This document shows positions 45,991 to 64,000 of a stretch of DNA of 64,000 bases, piece by piece. The notes below the pieces were generated by a model that was not told the origin of the DNA, ran no database searches, and worked only from the letters and a program-made list of their open reading frames with translations. A program made the translations under genes and the position numbers. Origin of the DNA: the human T2T-CHM13v2.0 reference genome, Homo sapiens. Position 1 is the stretch's first letter; every line of letters begins with the position of its first letter. Location of the stretch: assembly GCF_009914755.1 (NCBI RefSeq), contig NC_060945.1; one strand, 5' to 3'.

Positions 45991-48900
45991 ATGCCCTCTC
46001 CATGCGGAGCCTAGAGAAGATTTGCATCTTTTGGGTGATCAGTGCAGAGATATTTCACAATGTCCCCTGTTCTAAAAGCCTGGAAATGATTTACATCACC
46101 TCGGTGATCAGTGCATAGGTATGTCAGAAATCCCCAGTAGGCTGAACCTAGACAAGGGTTACATCACTTAGGTGATCAGTGTAGAGATATGTGAAATTTC
46201 CCATGTAGACAGAGCCTAGACAAGTGTTACATCTCCTAGTGATCTGTGCAGGGATAAGTCGTAAAGCCTCTTGTAGGCAGAGTGTAGACAAGTGTTTCCT
46301 CCCTGGGGTGATCAGTGCAGAGATATGTCACAAAGCCCCTGTAAGCAGAACCTTCACAAGGGTTACATCACCTGTTTGATCAGTGGAAATATATATCACA
46401 AAGCCCCCTGTAGGCAAAGACCAGACAATTGTTACATCACCTGGGTGAGCAGTGGAGAAATCTGTCACAATGCCCTTGTAGGCAGAGCTTAGACAAGGGT
46501 TACATCACCTGGGTGATCAGCGCAGAGATATGTCAAAACGCTCCTGTAGGCTGAACCTAGACAGGAGTTACATTACCTGTGTGATCAGTGCAGAGATATC
46601 TGAGAATTCCCGTGTAGGCAGAGCCTAGACAAGACTTACATCACCTAGGTTGTCAGTGCAGGTATAAGTCATAAAGCCTCCTGTAGACAGAGCATACACA
46701 AGAGTTCCCTCCCCAGGGTGATCAGTGAAGAGATGTGTCACAAAGCCCCTGTAGGCAGAGCCTAGACAAGAGTTTCATCACTTCGTTGATCAGTTCAAGA
46801 TATGTCACAATGTCCATGATGCCAGATCTAAGACAAGAGTCCATCACCTGGGTGATCAGTGCAGAGATATGTACCAATGTCCCCTGTAGGCAGTGCCTAG
46901 ACAAGAGTTGCATCACCTCAGAGATCAGTGCATAGGTATGTCACAAACCCTTCTGAAGACAAAGCCCATACAAGGCTTACATCAACTAGGTGATCAGTGC
47001 AGTGATATGTCACAAAAATCCCTGTAGACAGAGCCTAGAAAAGAGTTACATCACCTGGGTGATCAGTGCAGATATTTGACACAATGCCCCCATAGACAGA
47101 ACCTAGACAAGGCTTCAATCTCTTGGGTGATCAATGCAGAGATATGTCACAAAACGCCCTCTAGGCAGAGTATAGAGAAGAGTCCCATGACCTGGGAGAT
47201 CAGTGCAGAGATATTTCACAATACTCCTGTAGGCAGACAGTGGACAAGAGTTACATAACCTAGGTGATCTGTGCAGAGCTATGTCAAAACGCCCCTGTAG
47301 GCAGAGCCTAGATAAATGTTACATCTCCTGGGTGATCAGTGCAGACATACGTCACAATACCCCCTGTAGGTGGAGCCTAGACAAGAGTTACATCACCTGG
47401 GTGATCGATGCAGAGATATGTCACAAAGCCCCTGTAGGCCGAGCCTAGACAAGAATTACATCTCCTGGGTGATCAGTGCAAACATATGTCACAAAGCCCC
47501 CTGTGGACAAATCCCAGAAAATTGTTACATCACCTGGGTGATCAGTGGAGTTATCTGTCACAATTCCCTTCTAGGCGCAGCTTAGACAAGCGTTACATCA
47601 CATGAGTGATCAGTGCAGAGATATGTCACTATGACCCCATAGGCAGATCGAAGACAAGAGTCCATCACCTGGGTGATCAGTGCAGAGATATGTCATAAAT
47701 ACCACAGTAGGCAAAGCCTAGACAAGTTTTACATCAGCTGGGTGATCATTGCAGAAATATGTCCCAATGTCCCTCTAGGCAGAGCTTAGACAAGAGTCAC
47801 ATCTCCTGGGTGATCAGTGCAGGGATAAGTCACAATGCCCCAGTAGGCAGAGCCTAGACAAGAGTTACATAACCCGGGTCAACCGTGCAGAGTGATGTCA
47901 AAAGGCCCTCAGTAGGCAGAGCCTAGACAAGAGTTACATAACCCGGGTGATCCGTGCAGAGTGATGTCACAACGACCTCTGTAGGCAGAGACTAGAAAAG
48001 AGTTACATCACCTGGGTGATCAGTGCAGAGATATTTCTCAACGCCCCCTTTGGGCAGAGGGTAGACAAGAGTTATATCACCTAGGTGATCAGTGCAGAGA
48101 TTTGTCAAAATTCCCTGTAGGCAGTGCTTATAAACGTGTTACATCACATAAGTGATCAGTGCAGAGATATGCCACAAAGCTCCTGTAGGCAGAACTTAGA
48201 TGAGTTACATCACCTGGGTGATCAGTGCAAAGTTGTGTCACAAAGCCCCCTATAGGCAAAGCCTAGACAATAGTTACATCACTTGGGTGATCAGTGGCGA
48301 GATCTCTCACAATTACCCTGTAGGCAGCAGAGCTTATACAACCGTTACATCATCTGGGTGATCAGTGCAGAGGTATGTCACAATGCCCCCATAGGCAGAT
48401 CCAAGACAGGAGTCCATCACCTGGGTGATCAGTGCAGAAATATGTCACAATGCCCCCTTAGGCAGAGCCTACACAAAAGCCCCATCACCTGGATGATCAG
48501 TGCAGGGTTATGTCACAAAGTCCCCTTAGGCAGATTGTAGACAAGAGTTACATCACTTGGATGATCAGTGCAGAGATATGTCACAATGCCACTGTAGACA
48601 GAGTCTAGACAAGAGTTACATGACCTAGGAGATCAGTGCAGAGATACATCGCAATGTCCCTGTAGGCAGAGCCTTGACAAGTGGTACATCACCTGGGTGA
48701 TCATTGCAGGGATATATCACAAAGCACCCTGTAGGCAGATACTAGAAAAAAGTTACAGCACCTGGGTGGTCAGTGCAGAGATATGTCACGATGCCATTGT
48801 AGGCAGAGCCTAGGCAAGAGTTAAATGACCTAGGTGATCAGTGCAGAGATACATCACAATGCCCCTGCAGGCAGAGCCTTGACAAGTGGTATATCACCTG

Positions 48901-50148
48901 GGTGATCATTGCAGGGATATGTCACAAAGCACCCTGTGGGCAGATCCTAGAGAAGAGTTATATCACCTGGGTGATCAGTGCAGAGATATGTCACAAGAAC
49001 CCTGTAGGCAGAGCCTAGACAAGTGTTATATCACCTGGGTGATCAGTGCAGTGATATGTCACAATGCCGTGTAGCCAGAGCCTAGACTAAAGTTACAGCA
49101 CCTAGGAGATCAGTGCAGAGATATGTCACAATGTCCCCAGTAGGCAGAGACCAGGCAAGAGTTGGATCACCTCGGGATCGGTGCAGAGATATGTCTCAAT
49201 CCCCCTGTGGGCACAGCCTAGACAAGAGTTACATCACCTCAGTGAACAGTGCAGAGATCTGTCAGGATGCCCCTGTAGGCAGAGCCTACACAAGTGTTAC
49301 ATCACTTTGGTGATCAGTGCAGAGATATGTCACGATACCCCCTGTAAGTAGAGACTACACAAGAGTTACATCACCTGGGTGGTCAGTGCAGAGATATGTG
49401 GCAACGCCCCTTTAAGCAGAGCCTAGACAATAGTTACATCACCTGAGTGATCAGTGCAGAGATCTGTCACAATGCCCTTTTAGGCAGAGCTTAGACCAGA
49501 GTTACATCACCTGGGTGATCAGTACAGAGACATGTTACAATGCCCCCATAGGCAAATCCTAGACAAGAGTCCGTCACCTGGGTGATCAGTGTAGAAATAT
49601 GTGACAATGCCCAAGGAGGCAGAGCCTAGAAAAGAGTCCCATCACCTGGGTGATCAGTGCAGAGATATTTCACAATGCTCCTGCAGGCAGAGCATAAGCA
49701 AGAGTTACATCACATAGATGATCAGTGCAGAGATTTATCACAAGGCCCCCTATAGTCAGAGGCTCGACAAGAGTTACGTCACCTCGGTTATCAATGCAGT
49801 GATATGTCACTATGCCTCATAGGCAGAGCCTAGTCAAGCGTTACATCACCTGGGTGATCAGTGCAGAGATATGTCACAAAGCCCCCATACACAGCGCCTA
49901 GACAAGTGTCCCATCACCTGGGTGATCAGTGCAGAAATATGTCACAATGCCCCCATAGGCAGATCCAACACAAGAGTTACATCACCTGGGTGATCAGTGT
50001 AGAGATATGTCACAATGCCCCCATAGGCAGAGCCTAGACAAAAGTCCCATCACCTGGATGATCAGTGCAGAGATATCTTCCAAAGCCCCTGAAGGCAGAG
50101 CCTAGAGAAAAGTAACATCACTTTGTTGATCAGTTCAGAGATGTGTCA
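45927..50148. repeat. Beta satellite block 2
   Basis: 68-bp monomers. The first ~1 kb is colinear, monomer for monomer, with the start of block 1. Confidence 0.95.
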
Positions 50149-50874
50149 TGCTGACTGTTTGCTCCCGGAGCTCTGCGGGCACCCGGAAACATGCAGGCAA
50201 GGTGGAAGACTGGCATTGTGCCTTCGCTCTCCTTGCCAGTTTACAAAACTGCCACACCGAAGACTCCCCATGTTGCCGCACACGGGAATCCATCATCAGT
50301 CCATCACGCTGGGGAGGCATCTTCTCTCTGGGGTCTCGCTCTGGTCTCCTACGTGGAAATGAACGAGAGCCACACGCCTGCCCCTGTGACACTGTCCCAG
50401 CAACGGCGACACCCACAGGCACTGCCACCTTCACGGAGAGAGGGCCTGGAACACAGCAGACTCCCACGGAGATTCAGTCCCACACTCCCCTCCACCCTCC
50501 CAGGCCGGTTTCTCCCTGCTGAAGACGCGTGGGAGCCCAGAGAGCAGCTTCCAGTTCCCGCCTGATTCCTGGAGAGGTCGGCAGAGCCAGCCCCGGAAAC
50601 GCGCCCCTCTCACCACTTCCCCCTCGCCCCCTTCATCTTCGTATCTCCAGCCCCACCACCGCCATCACCACACCCTCCCCCCCAATACAACCACCCCACA
50701 GCCCCAGGCCTCGACGCCCTGGGACCCTTCCGGGGTGGGGCGTGCTGTCCCAGGGCTCACCGCCATTCATGAAGGGGTGGAGCCTGCCTGCCTGCAGGCC
50801 TTCATAATAGCCGCTGGCTGGCTGTCCGGGCAGGCCTCCTGGCTGCACCTGCCGCAGTCCACAGGCTGGATGAG
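50149..50874 (+). repeat. D4Z4 fragment, promoter region only (truncated before the MALPT start codon)
   Basis: Colinear with 43161-~43888. Returns to beta satellite at ...CAGGCTGGATGAG|ATATTTCACA. Confidence 0.92.
50763..50789 (+). promoter_or_regulatory. D4Z4 binding element (DBE)-like 27-mer containing a YY1 CCAT core
   Basis: CCATTCATGAAGGGGTGGAGCCTGCCT matches the 27-bp DBE as I recall it (reported to bind YY1/HMGB2/nucleolin). Confidence 0.65.
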
Positions 50875-52631
50875 ATATTTCACAAAGCCTTCTGTAGGCA
50901 AAGCCCATACAAGGCTTACATCACCTAGGTGATCAGTGCAGTGATATATCAAAAAAATCCCTGTAGACAGAGCCTAGAAAAGAGGTACATCACCTGGGTG
51001 ATCAGTGCAGATATTTGACACAATGCCCCCATAGACAGAGCCAAGACAAGACTTCCATCACCTTCGTGATCAGTGCAGAGATATATCAAATATCCCCCTC
51101 TAGGCAGAGTGTAGAGAAGAGTCCCATCACCTGGGTGATCAGTGCAGAGATATGTGAGAATTCCCGTGTAGGCACAGCCTAGACAAGTGTTACATCACCT
51201 AGGTTATCAGTGCAGGTATAAGTCGTAAAGCCTCCTGTAGGCAGAGCATAGACAAGAGTTCCCTCCCCAGGGTGATCAGTGCAGAGATGTGTCACAAAGC
51301 CCCTGTAGGCAGAACCTAGACAAGAGTTACATCACCTGGGTGATCAGTGCAGAGATATGTCCCAATGCCACTGTAGGCAGAGCCTAGAGAAGAGTTACAT
51401 GACCTAGGAGATCAATGCAGAGATACATCGCAATGCCCCTGTAGGCAGAGCCTTGACAGGTGGTATATCACCTGGGTGACCATTGCAGGTATATGTCACA
51501 AAGCACCCTGTAGGCAGATCCTAGAGAAGAGTTGTATCACCTGGGTGATCAGTGCAGTGATATGTCACAAGCACCTTTAGGCAGAGCCTAGACAAGAGTT
51601 ATATCACCTGGGTGATCAGTGCAGTGATATGACACAATGCTGTGTAGCCAGAGCCTAGACTAAAGTTACAGCACCTGGGAGATCAGTGCAGAGATATGTC
51701 ACAATGTCCCCAGTAGGCAGAGAACAGGCAAGAGTTGGATCACCTCGGGATCAGTGCAGAGATATGTCTCAATCCCCTTGTGGGCACAGCCTAGACAAGA
51801 GTTAAATCACCTCGGTTAACAGTGCAGAGATATGTCAAAATGCCCCTGTAGGCAGAGCCTACACAAGTGTTACATCACCTGGGTGATCAATGCAGAGATA
51901 TGTGACAAGGCCCCTTTAAGCAGAACCTAGACAATAGTTACATCACCTGGGTGATCAGTGCAGAGATCTGTCACAATGCCCCTTTAGGCAGAACTTAGAC
52001 CAGAGTTACATCATTTGGGTGATCAGTGCAGTGATATGCCACAATACCCCCATAGGCAAATCCAAGACAAGAGTCCATCACCTGTCACAATTCCCCCAGG
52101 TGGCAGAGCCTAGAGAAGAGTCCCATCACCGGGGTGACCAGTGCAGAGATATTTCACAATGCCCCTGTAGGCAGAGTGTAAGCAAGAGTTACATCACCTA
52201 GATGATCAGTGCACAGATATGTCACAAGGCCCCCTATAGGCAGAGCCTGCACAAGAGTTACATCACCTCGGTGATAAATGCAGTGATATGTCACTATGCC
52301 CGTAGGCAGAGCCTAGTCAAGCACTAAATCAAATGGGTGATCAGTGCAGAGATATGTCACAAAGCCCCCATACACAGAGCCTAGACAAGAGTCCCATCAC
52401 CTGGGTGATCAGTGCAGAAATATGTCACAATGCCCCCATAGGCAGATCCAACACAAGAGTTACATCACCTGGGTGATCAGTGTAGAGATATGTCACAATG
52501 CCCGCATAGGCAGAGCCTAGACAAATATCCCGTCACCTGGGTGATCAGTGCAGAGATATGTCACAAAGCCCCTGTAGGTAGAGACTAGACAAGTGTTACG
52601 TCACTTTGTTGATCAGTTCCGAGATGTGTCA
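50875..52631. repeat. Beta satellite block 3
   Basis: 68-bp monomers. The right end parallels the monomer run that precedes the other D4Z4 fragments. Confidence 0.95.
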
Positions 52632-53006
52632 TGCTGACTGTTTGCTCCTGGAGCTCTGCGGGCACCCGGAAATATGCAGGGAAGAGTGGAAGTCCGGCAT
52701 GGTGCCTTCGGTCTCCTTGCCAGTTACCAAACCGGCCACTCTGCAGACTCCCCATGTGGCCGCACATGGGAATCCATCGTCAGGCCATCACGCCGGGGAG
52801 GCATCTTCTGTCTGGGGTTTCGCTCTGGTCTTCTACGTGGAAGCGAATGAGAGCCACACGCCTGCACGTGTGAGACTGTCCCGGCAACGGCGACACCCAC
52901 AGGCATTGCCTCCTTCACGGAGAGAGGGCCTGAAACACTCCAGACTCCCATGGAGGTTAAGTTCCACACTCTCCTCCACACTCCCAGGCTGGTTTCTCCC
53001 TGCTGA

Positions 53007-57967
<4,961 letters not shown>

Positions 57968-57970
<3 letters not shown>

Positions 57971-60900
57971 CACTACAGCCTGTGTGACAGAGGGAGACCC
58001 TGTTGAAAGAAAGGAGTGGAATGGAAGGGATTGGAATGGAATGGAATGGATTGGAATGCAGTGGAGTGGAATTGAGTGTAGTGGAGTGGAGTGCAGTGGA
58101 ATGGAATGGAATGGAATAGTGAAATGAAAAGTGAGCTGAGATTGTGCCACTGCACACCAGCCTTGGTGACAGAGTGAGATACTGTCAAAAGAAAGTACTG
58201 GAATGGAATGGAGTGGAATGGAATGGAATGGAGTGGAATGGAATGTAATGGAGTTGAGAGCAGTGGAGTGGAGTAGAAAGGAGTGGAATGGAATGGGATG
58301 GAAAGAAAAGGACTGGAGTGGATTGGGCTGGGTTGGAGTGGAGTGGAATGGATTGGAGTGGAGTGGAGTGGAATTTAATGGAGTAGAATACAATGGAATG
58401 GTGAAATGAAATGTGAGCTGAGATTCTGCCACTGCGCTCCAGGCTGGGTGACAGAGTGAGATACTCTCGAAAGAAAGGAATGGAATTGAATGCAGTGGAA
58501 TGGAATGGAATGGATTGGAGTGGAGTGGAGTGGAGTGGAGTGGAGTGAAATAGAGAGGAATGGAATGGGATGGAATGGAATGTAAAGGAATGGTGAAAAT
58601 AAATGTGAGCTAAGATTGTGCCACTGCACTGCAGCCTCTGTGACAGAGTGAGATCCTTTGGAAAGAAAGGAAAGGAATGGTATGGAATGGAATGGAGTGG
58701 AGTGGAGTGGAGTGGCGTGGAATGGAATGGAATGGAATGGAATGGAATGGAATGGAATGGAGTGGAATGTAATGGAATGGACTGGAATGGAATACAATGG
58801 AATGCAATGGAATAGAATGCAGTGAAATGGAATGTTGACATGTAATGTGAACAGAGATTGTGCCACTGCACTCCAGCCTGGGTGACACAGTGATATCCTG
58901 TCGAAAGAAAGGAATGGAATGCAATGGAGTGAAACGGAATGGAATGGAATGGAGTGGAGAGGAGTGGAGTGGAGTGGAGTAAAGTGGAGTGGAGTGGAAG
59001 GCAATGGATTGGAATAGGGTGGAGAGGAATGGAATGGAGTGGAATGGAATGGGAGGGAACGGAGTGGAGTGGAGTGGAGTGGAATGAAGAGTAACGGAGT
59101 GGAGTGGAGTGGAATGCAATCGAATGGAATGTAATTGAAAGGAATGAAATGGAGTGGAATGGAATGAAATGGAATGGAGTGGAGTGGAATGGAGTGGAGT
59201 GGAATGGAGTGGAGTGGAGAGGAATGGAGTGGATAGGAGTGGAATGGAGTGGAGTGGAGTGGAATGGAATGGAGAGGAATTGAACGGAATAGAGTGGAAT
59301 GGAGTGGAAAAGAGTGGAATGGAATGTAGTGGAATGAAATGGAGTGGAGTGGACTGGAGTATAGTGTAATGGAATGCAGTGGAATGCAATGTAGTGTAAT
59401 AGAATGGAATGGAATGGAACGGAATGGAATGGAATGGAATGAAATGGTGAAAAGAAATGTGTGCTGAGACTGTGCAAATGCACTACAGCCCGTGTGACAG
59501 AGGGAGATCCTGTCGAAAGAAAGGCGTGGAATGGAAGGGATTGGAATGGAATGAATTGGACTGGAGTGGAGTCGAATTGAGTGGAGTGGAGTGGAGTGGA
59601 GTGCAGTGGAATAGAATGGAATGGAATGGAATGCTGAAGTGAAATGTGAGATGAGACTGTGCCACTGCACACCAGCCTGGGTGACAGAGTGAGATTCTGT
59701 CAAAAGAAAGGAATGGAATGGAATGGAGTGGAATGGAATGGAGTGGAGTGGAGTGGAGTGGAGTGGAAAGGAGTGGAATGGCGTGGGATGGAATGGAGTG
59801 GAGTGGAGTAGACTGGAATGGAGTGGAGTGGAGTGGAGTGGAATGGATTGGAGAGGAGTGGAGAAGAGTGGAGTGGAGTCGAATGGAATGGAATGGAATG
59901 AAATCGTGAAATGAAATGTGACCCGAGATTTTGTCACTGCGCTCCAGGCTGGGTGACAGAGTGAGATTCTTTCAAAAGAAAGCAATAGAATGGAATGCAG
60001 TGGAATGGAATGGAGTGGAATGGAGTGGGGTGAAGTGGAGTGGACTGGAATGGGATGGAATGGAGTGGAATGAAATGGAGATGAGTGGGGTGGAGGGGAT
60101 TGCAGTGGAATGGAGCAGAATGGAATGGGATGGAATGGAATGGAGTGGAGTGCAGTCGAGAGGAGAGGAGTGGAATGGAGTGGAATGGCATCGGATATAA
60201 TGGAATTAAGTGGAGTGGAGTGGAGTGGAATGGAGTGGTATGGAATGGAATTGAATGGAATGGAATGGAATGGTGAAATGAAATGTGATCTAAGATTGTG
60301 CCACTGAACTCCAGTCTGGTTGACAGAGTGAGATCTAGTAGAAATAAAGGAATGGAATGGAATGGAGTAGAATGGAATGGAATGGAGTGCAGTGCAGTGG
60401 AATGGAGTAGAGTGGAATGGAGTTGAGTGGAAGGGAGTGGAATGGAATGGCATGGAATGGAGTGGAATGGAATTGAATGGAGTTGAACGGAATGGAATAG
60501 AATGAAATGGAATGCAGTGAAATGAATTGGACTAGAATTGAATGGATTGGAGTGGAGTGGAGTGGAATCGAGTGGAGTGCTATGGAATGGAATGGAGTGG
60601 AGTGGGGTGGAGTGGAATGGAAAGGAGTGGAGTGGAATGGAGTGGAGTGGAATGGAATGGGAAGGAGTGGAGTGGAATGGAATGGCATGGAATGGAGTGG
60701 AATGGAATGGAGTGGAGTGGAGAGGAGTAGAATTGAATGGACTGGAGCGGAATGGAGTGGAGTAGAATGGAATGGAAAGGGAAGGAATGGAATGGAATGG
60801 AATGGAATAGAGTACAATGGAATGGAATGGAGTGGAATGGAATGGAGTGGGGTGGAGTGGAGTGCAGTGGAGTGGAATGGAGTGAAATGCAGTGGAGTGG

Positions 60901-63705
60901 AATGGGGTGGAATGGAGTGGGGTGGAGTGGAGTGCAGTGGAGTGGAATGGAGTGAAATGGAGTGAAATGCAGTGGAGTGGAATGGGGTGGAATGGAGTGG
61001 AGTCCAGTGGAATGGTATGGAATGGAATGGAATGGAGTGAAGTGGAATGGAGTGGAACGGAATGGAGTGGAGTGGAGTGGAGTGGAATGAAATAGAGTGG
61101 AATGGAATGGGATGGAATGGAATGCAAAGGAATGGTGAAAAGAAATGTGAGCTGAGATTGTGATACTGCACTCCAGCTTTTGTGACAGAATGAGATCCTG
61201 TGGAAAGAAAGGAATGGAATGGAATGGAGTGGAATGTAATGCAGAAGAGGAGAGTGGAGTGGAGTGGAATGTAATGCAGTGGAGGGGAGTGGAGTGGAGT
61301 GCAGAGGAGTGGAGTGGAATGGAGTGTAGTGAAGGGGAGTGGAATTGAGTGGAGTGGAGTGGAATAGAGTGGAATGGAATGGAGTGGAGTGGAGTGGAAT
61401 GGAGTGGCATGGAGTGGAAAGGAGTGGAATGGATTGGAGTGGAATGGAGAGGAGTGGAGTGGAGTGGAGTAGAGTGGAATGGAATGGAGTGGAGTGGAGT
61501 GGAAAGGAGTGGCATGGAGTGGAATGGAGTGGAGTGGAGTGGAGTGGAATGGAGTGGAGTGGAGTGCAGTGGAAGGGATTGGAATGGAAAGGAATAGAGT
61601 GGAATGGAATGGAATGATATGGTGAAAAGAAATGTGTGCTGAGATTGTGCCACTGTGCTACAGCCTGTGTGACACAGGGTGATCCTGTCAAAAGAAAGGA
61701 GTGGAATGTAAGGGATTGGCATGGAATGGAATGGATTGGAGTGGAGTGGAATGGAATTGAGTGGAGTGGAGTGGAGTGCACTGGAATGGAATGGACTGGA
61801 GTGGAATGGTGAAATGAAATATGAGCTGAGATTGTGCCAGTGCACACCAGCCTGGGTGACAGAGTGAGACCCCATCAAAACAATGGAATAGAATGGAGTG
61901 GAATGGAATGGAGTGGATTGGAGGGGAGTGGAGTTGAAAGGAGTGGAATGGAAAGGAGTGGAATGGAAAGGAGTGGAGTGGAATGCATTGGAGTGGAGTG
62001 GAGCTGAATTGAATGGAATAGAATAGAATGGAAAGGAATGGTGAAATGAAATGTGTGCTGAGATTGTGCCACTAGACTCCGGGCTGGGTGACAGAGTGAG
62101 ATACTCTCAAAAGAAAGGAATGGAATGGAATGCAGTGTAATGGAATGGAATGGAATGGAATGGAATGGAATGGAATGGAATGGAATAGAATGGAATGAAA
62201 TGGAAAGGAATGGAATGGAGTGAACTGGAGAGGAGTGGATTGGAGAGAAGTGGGGTGGAGTGGAATGGAGGGGAATAGAATGGGATGGAATGGAATGGAA
62301 TGAAGTGGAGTGGAGTGGGGTGGAGGGAAGTGCAGTGGAATGGAGCGGAATGGATTGGGATGGAATGGAATGCAGTGGAGTGGAGTGTAGTTGAGTGGAG
62401 AGGAGTGGAATGTAGTGGAATGGAATCGGATGTAATGGAATGTAGAGGAGTGGAGTGGAGTGGAGTTGAACGGAGTGGAATGGAAGGGAAAGGAATGGAA
62501 TGGAATGGATGTAAAGGAAAGGAATGGAATGCAATTTAATGTAATGGAATAGAATGCAATGAAATGGAAAGTTGACATGTAATATGAGCTGAGATAGTGC
62601 CACTGCACTCAAGCCTGGGTGACGCAGTGATATACAGTGGAAAGGAAGCTATGGAATGCAATGGAGTGAAATGTTATGGAATTGAATGGAATTGAGAGGA
62701 GGGGAATGGAGTTTAGTGCAATGGAGTCAACTGGAATGGGATGGAGTGGAATGGAGTGGAGTGGAGTGAAATAGAGAGGAATGGAATGGGATGGAATGGA
62801 ATGGAATGGAATGGTGAAAAGAAATGTGAGCTGAGATTGTGCCACTGCACTCCAGCCTCTGTGACAGAGTGAGATCCTTTGGAAAGAAAGGAAAGGAATG
62901 GTATGGAATGGAATGGAATGGAATGGAGTGGAGTGGAGAGGAGTGGAGTGGAGAGGAGTGGAGTGGAATGGATTGGAGTGGAATGGAATGGAGTGGAGTG
63001 GAATGGAATGGAGTGGAATGGAATGGAATGGAGTGGAGTGGAATGGAATGGAATGGAGTGGAATGGAATGGAATGGAGTGGAATGGAATGTAATGGAGTG
63101 GGATGGAATGCAATGGAAATGAATGCAATGGAATGAAACGGAATGGAACGGAATGGAATGGAATGGTGAAAAGAAATGTGTGCTGAGATTGTGCCACTGC
63201 GCTACACCCTGTGTGAGAGAGGGAGATCTTGTCAAAAGAAAGTAGTGGAATGGAAGGGATTGGAATTGCACGGAATGGAATAGGTTGGAGTGGAGTGGAG
63301 TGGAATTCAGTGGATAGGAGTGGAGTGCAGTGGAATGGAAAGGAATGGAATGGTGAAATGAAAAATGGCTTGAGATTGTGCCACTGCACTCCTGCCTGAG
63401 TGACAGAGTGAGATCCTCTCAAATGAAAGGAATGCAATCTAATGGAGTGGAATGCAATAGAATGGAGTGGAGTAGAGTGGATTGGAGAGGAAAGGAGTGC
63501 AATGGAATGGGATGGAAAGGAAAGGAGTGGAGTGGAATGGAATGGAATGGAGTGGAGTGAAGTGGAATGGATTGCAATGGAGTGGAGTGGAGTAGAGCAG
63601 AATGGAACTGAATGGAACGGAATTGAATGGAATGGTGAAATTAAATGTCAGCTGAGATTGTGCCACTGCTCTCCGGGCTGGGTGATGGAGTGAGATACTC
63701 TCGAA
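57968..63705 (+). mobile_element. 18 tandemly amplified ~55-bp Alu 3'-end fragments interspersed in the pentamer satellite (non-autonomous relics)
   Basis: GTGAGCTGAGATTGTGCCACTGCACTCCAGCCTGGGTGACAGAGTGAGA is a CpG-decayed Alu right-arm end. Starts at ~57968 (truncated), 58131, 58413, 58605, 58847, 59459, 59646, 59918, 60285, 61147, 61634, 61821, 62053, 62584, 62826, 63178, 63365 and 63647, most followed by an AAAGAAAGG-like tail remnant. Confidence 0.88.
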
Positions 63706-64000
63706 AGAAAGGAATGGAATGGAATGCAATGCAGTGGAATGGAATGGAATGGAATGGAATGGAGTGGACTGGAGTGGATTGGAGTGGAGTGAAGTGGAGT
63801 GGAGTGGAATGGAGAGGAATGCAATGGGATGGAATGGAATGGAATGAAGTGGAGTGGAGTGGGGAGGAGCGGAGTCCAGTGGAATGGAGCAGAATGGAAT
63901 TGGATGGAGTGGAATGGAGTGGTGTAGAGAGAAGGGGAGTGGAGAGGAGTGGAATGGAGTGGAATGGAATTGGATGTGACGGAATGCAGTGGAGTGGAGT
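57971..64000. repeat. HSat3-type pentamer satellite (GGAAT/GGAGT on + strand), diverged, running off the right edge
   Basis: Long runs of (GGAAT)n mixed with (GGAGT)n and variants; strongly purine-rich + strand. Subfamily not assigned. Confidence 0.9.

Overview
This is primate heterochromatic satellite DNA, most likely human and probably an acrocentric short arm. The locus is inferred from the repeat combination and was not mapped. There are three domains. (1) 1-31075 is the AT-rich 42-bp classical satellite I (HSat1A/SAR), built of 378-bp 9-mers nested in ~3.76-3.80-kb super-units and decaying toward its edge. (2) 31076-57970 is 68-bp beta satellite carrying four D4Z4-derived fragments: a 3'/pLAM-like piece, a near-full DUX4-like pseudogene, a promoter-only piece and a 3'-truncated DUX4-like pseudogene. 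(3) 57971-64000 is GGAAT/GGAGT HSat3-type satellite punctuated by 18 short Alu 3'-end fragments. I see no intact protein-coding gene, RNA gene or CRISPR array, and nearly all ORF-track entries are repeat artefacts. I cannot support a new biological system here. The most interesting signals are: non-permissive variants at the DUX4 exon-3 poly(A)-signal position; exon 3/pLAM being a diverged copy of the DUX4 start region; a DUX4 transactivation-domain frame uncoupled from its homeodomains; a phase-locked Alu-fragment/pentamer higher-order repeat; and 3-bp microhomologies at four junctions. D4Z4, DUX4 and Alu reference comparisons are from memory and need alignment to confirm.
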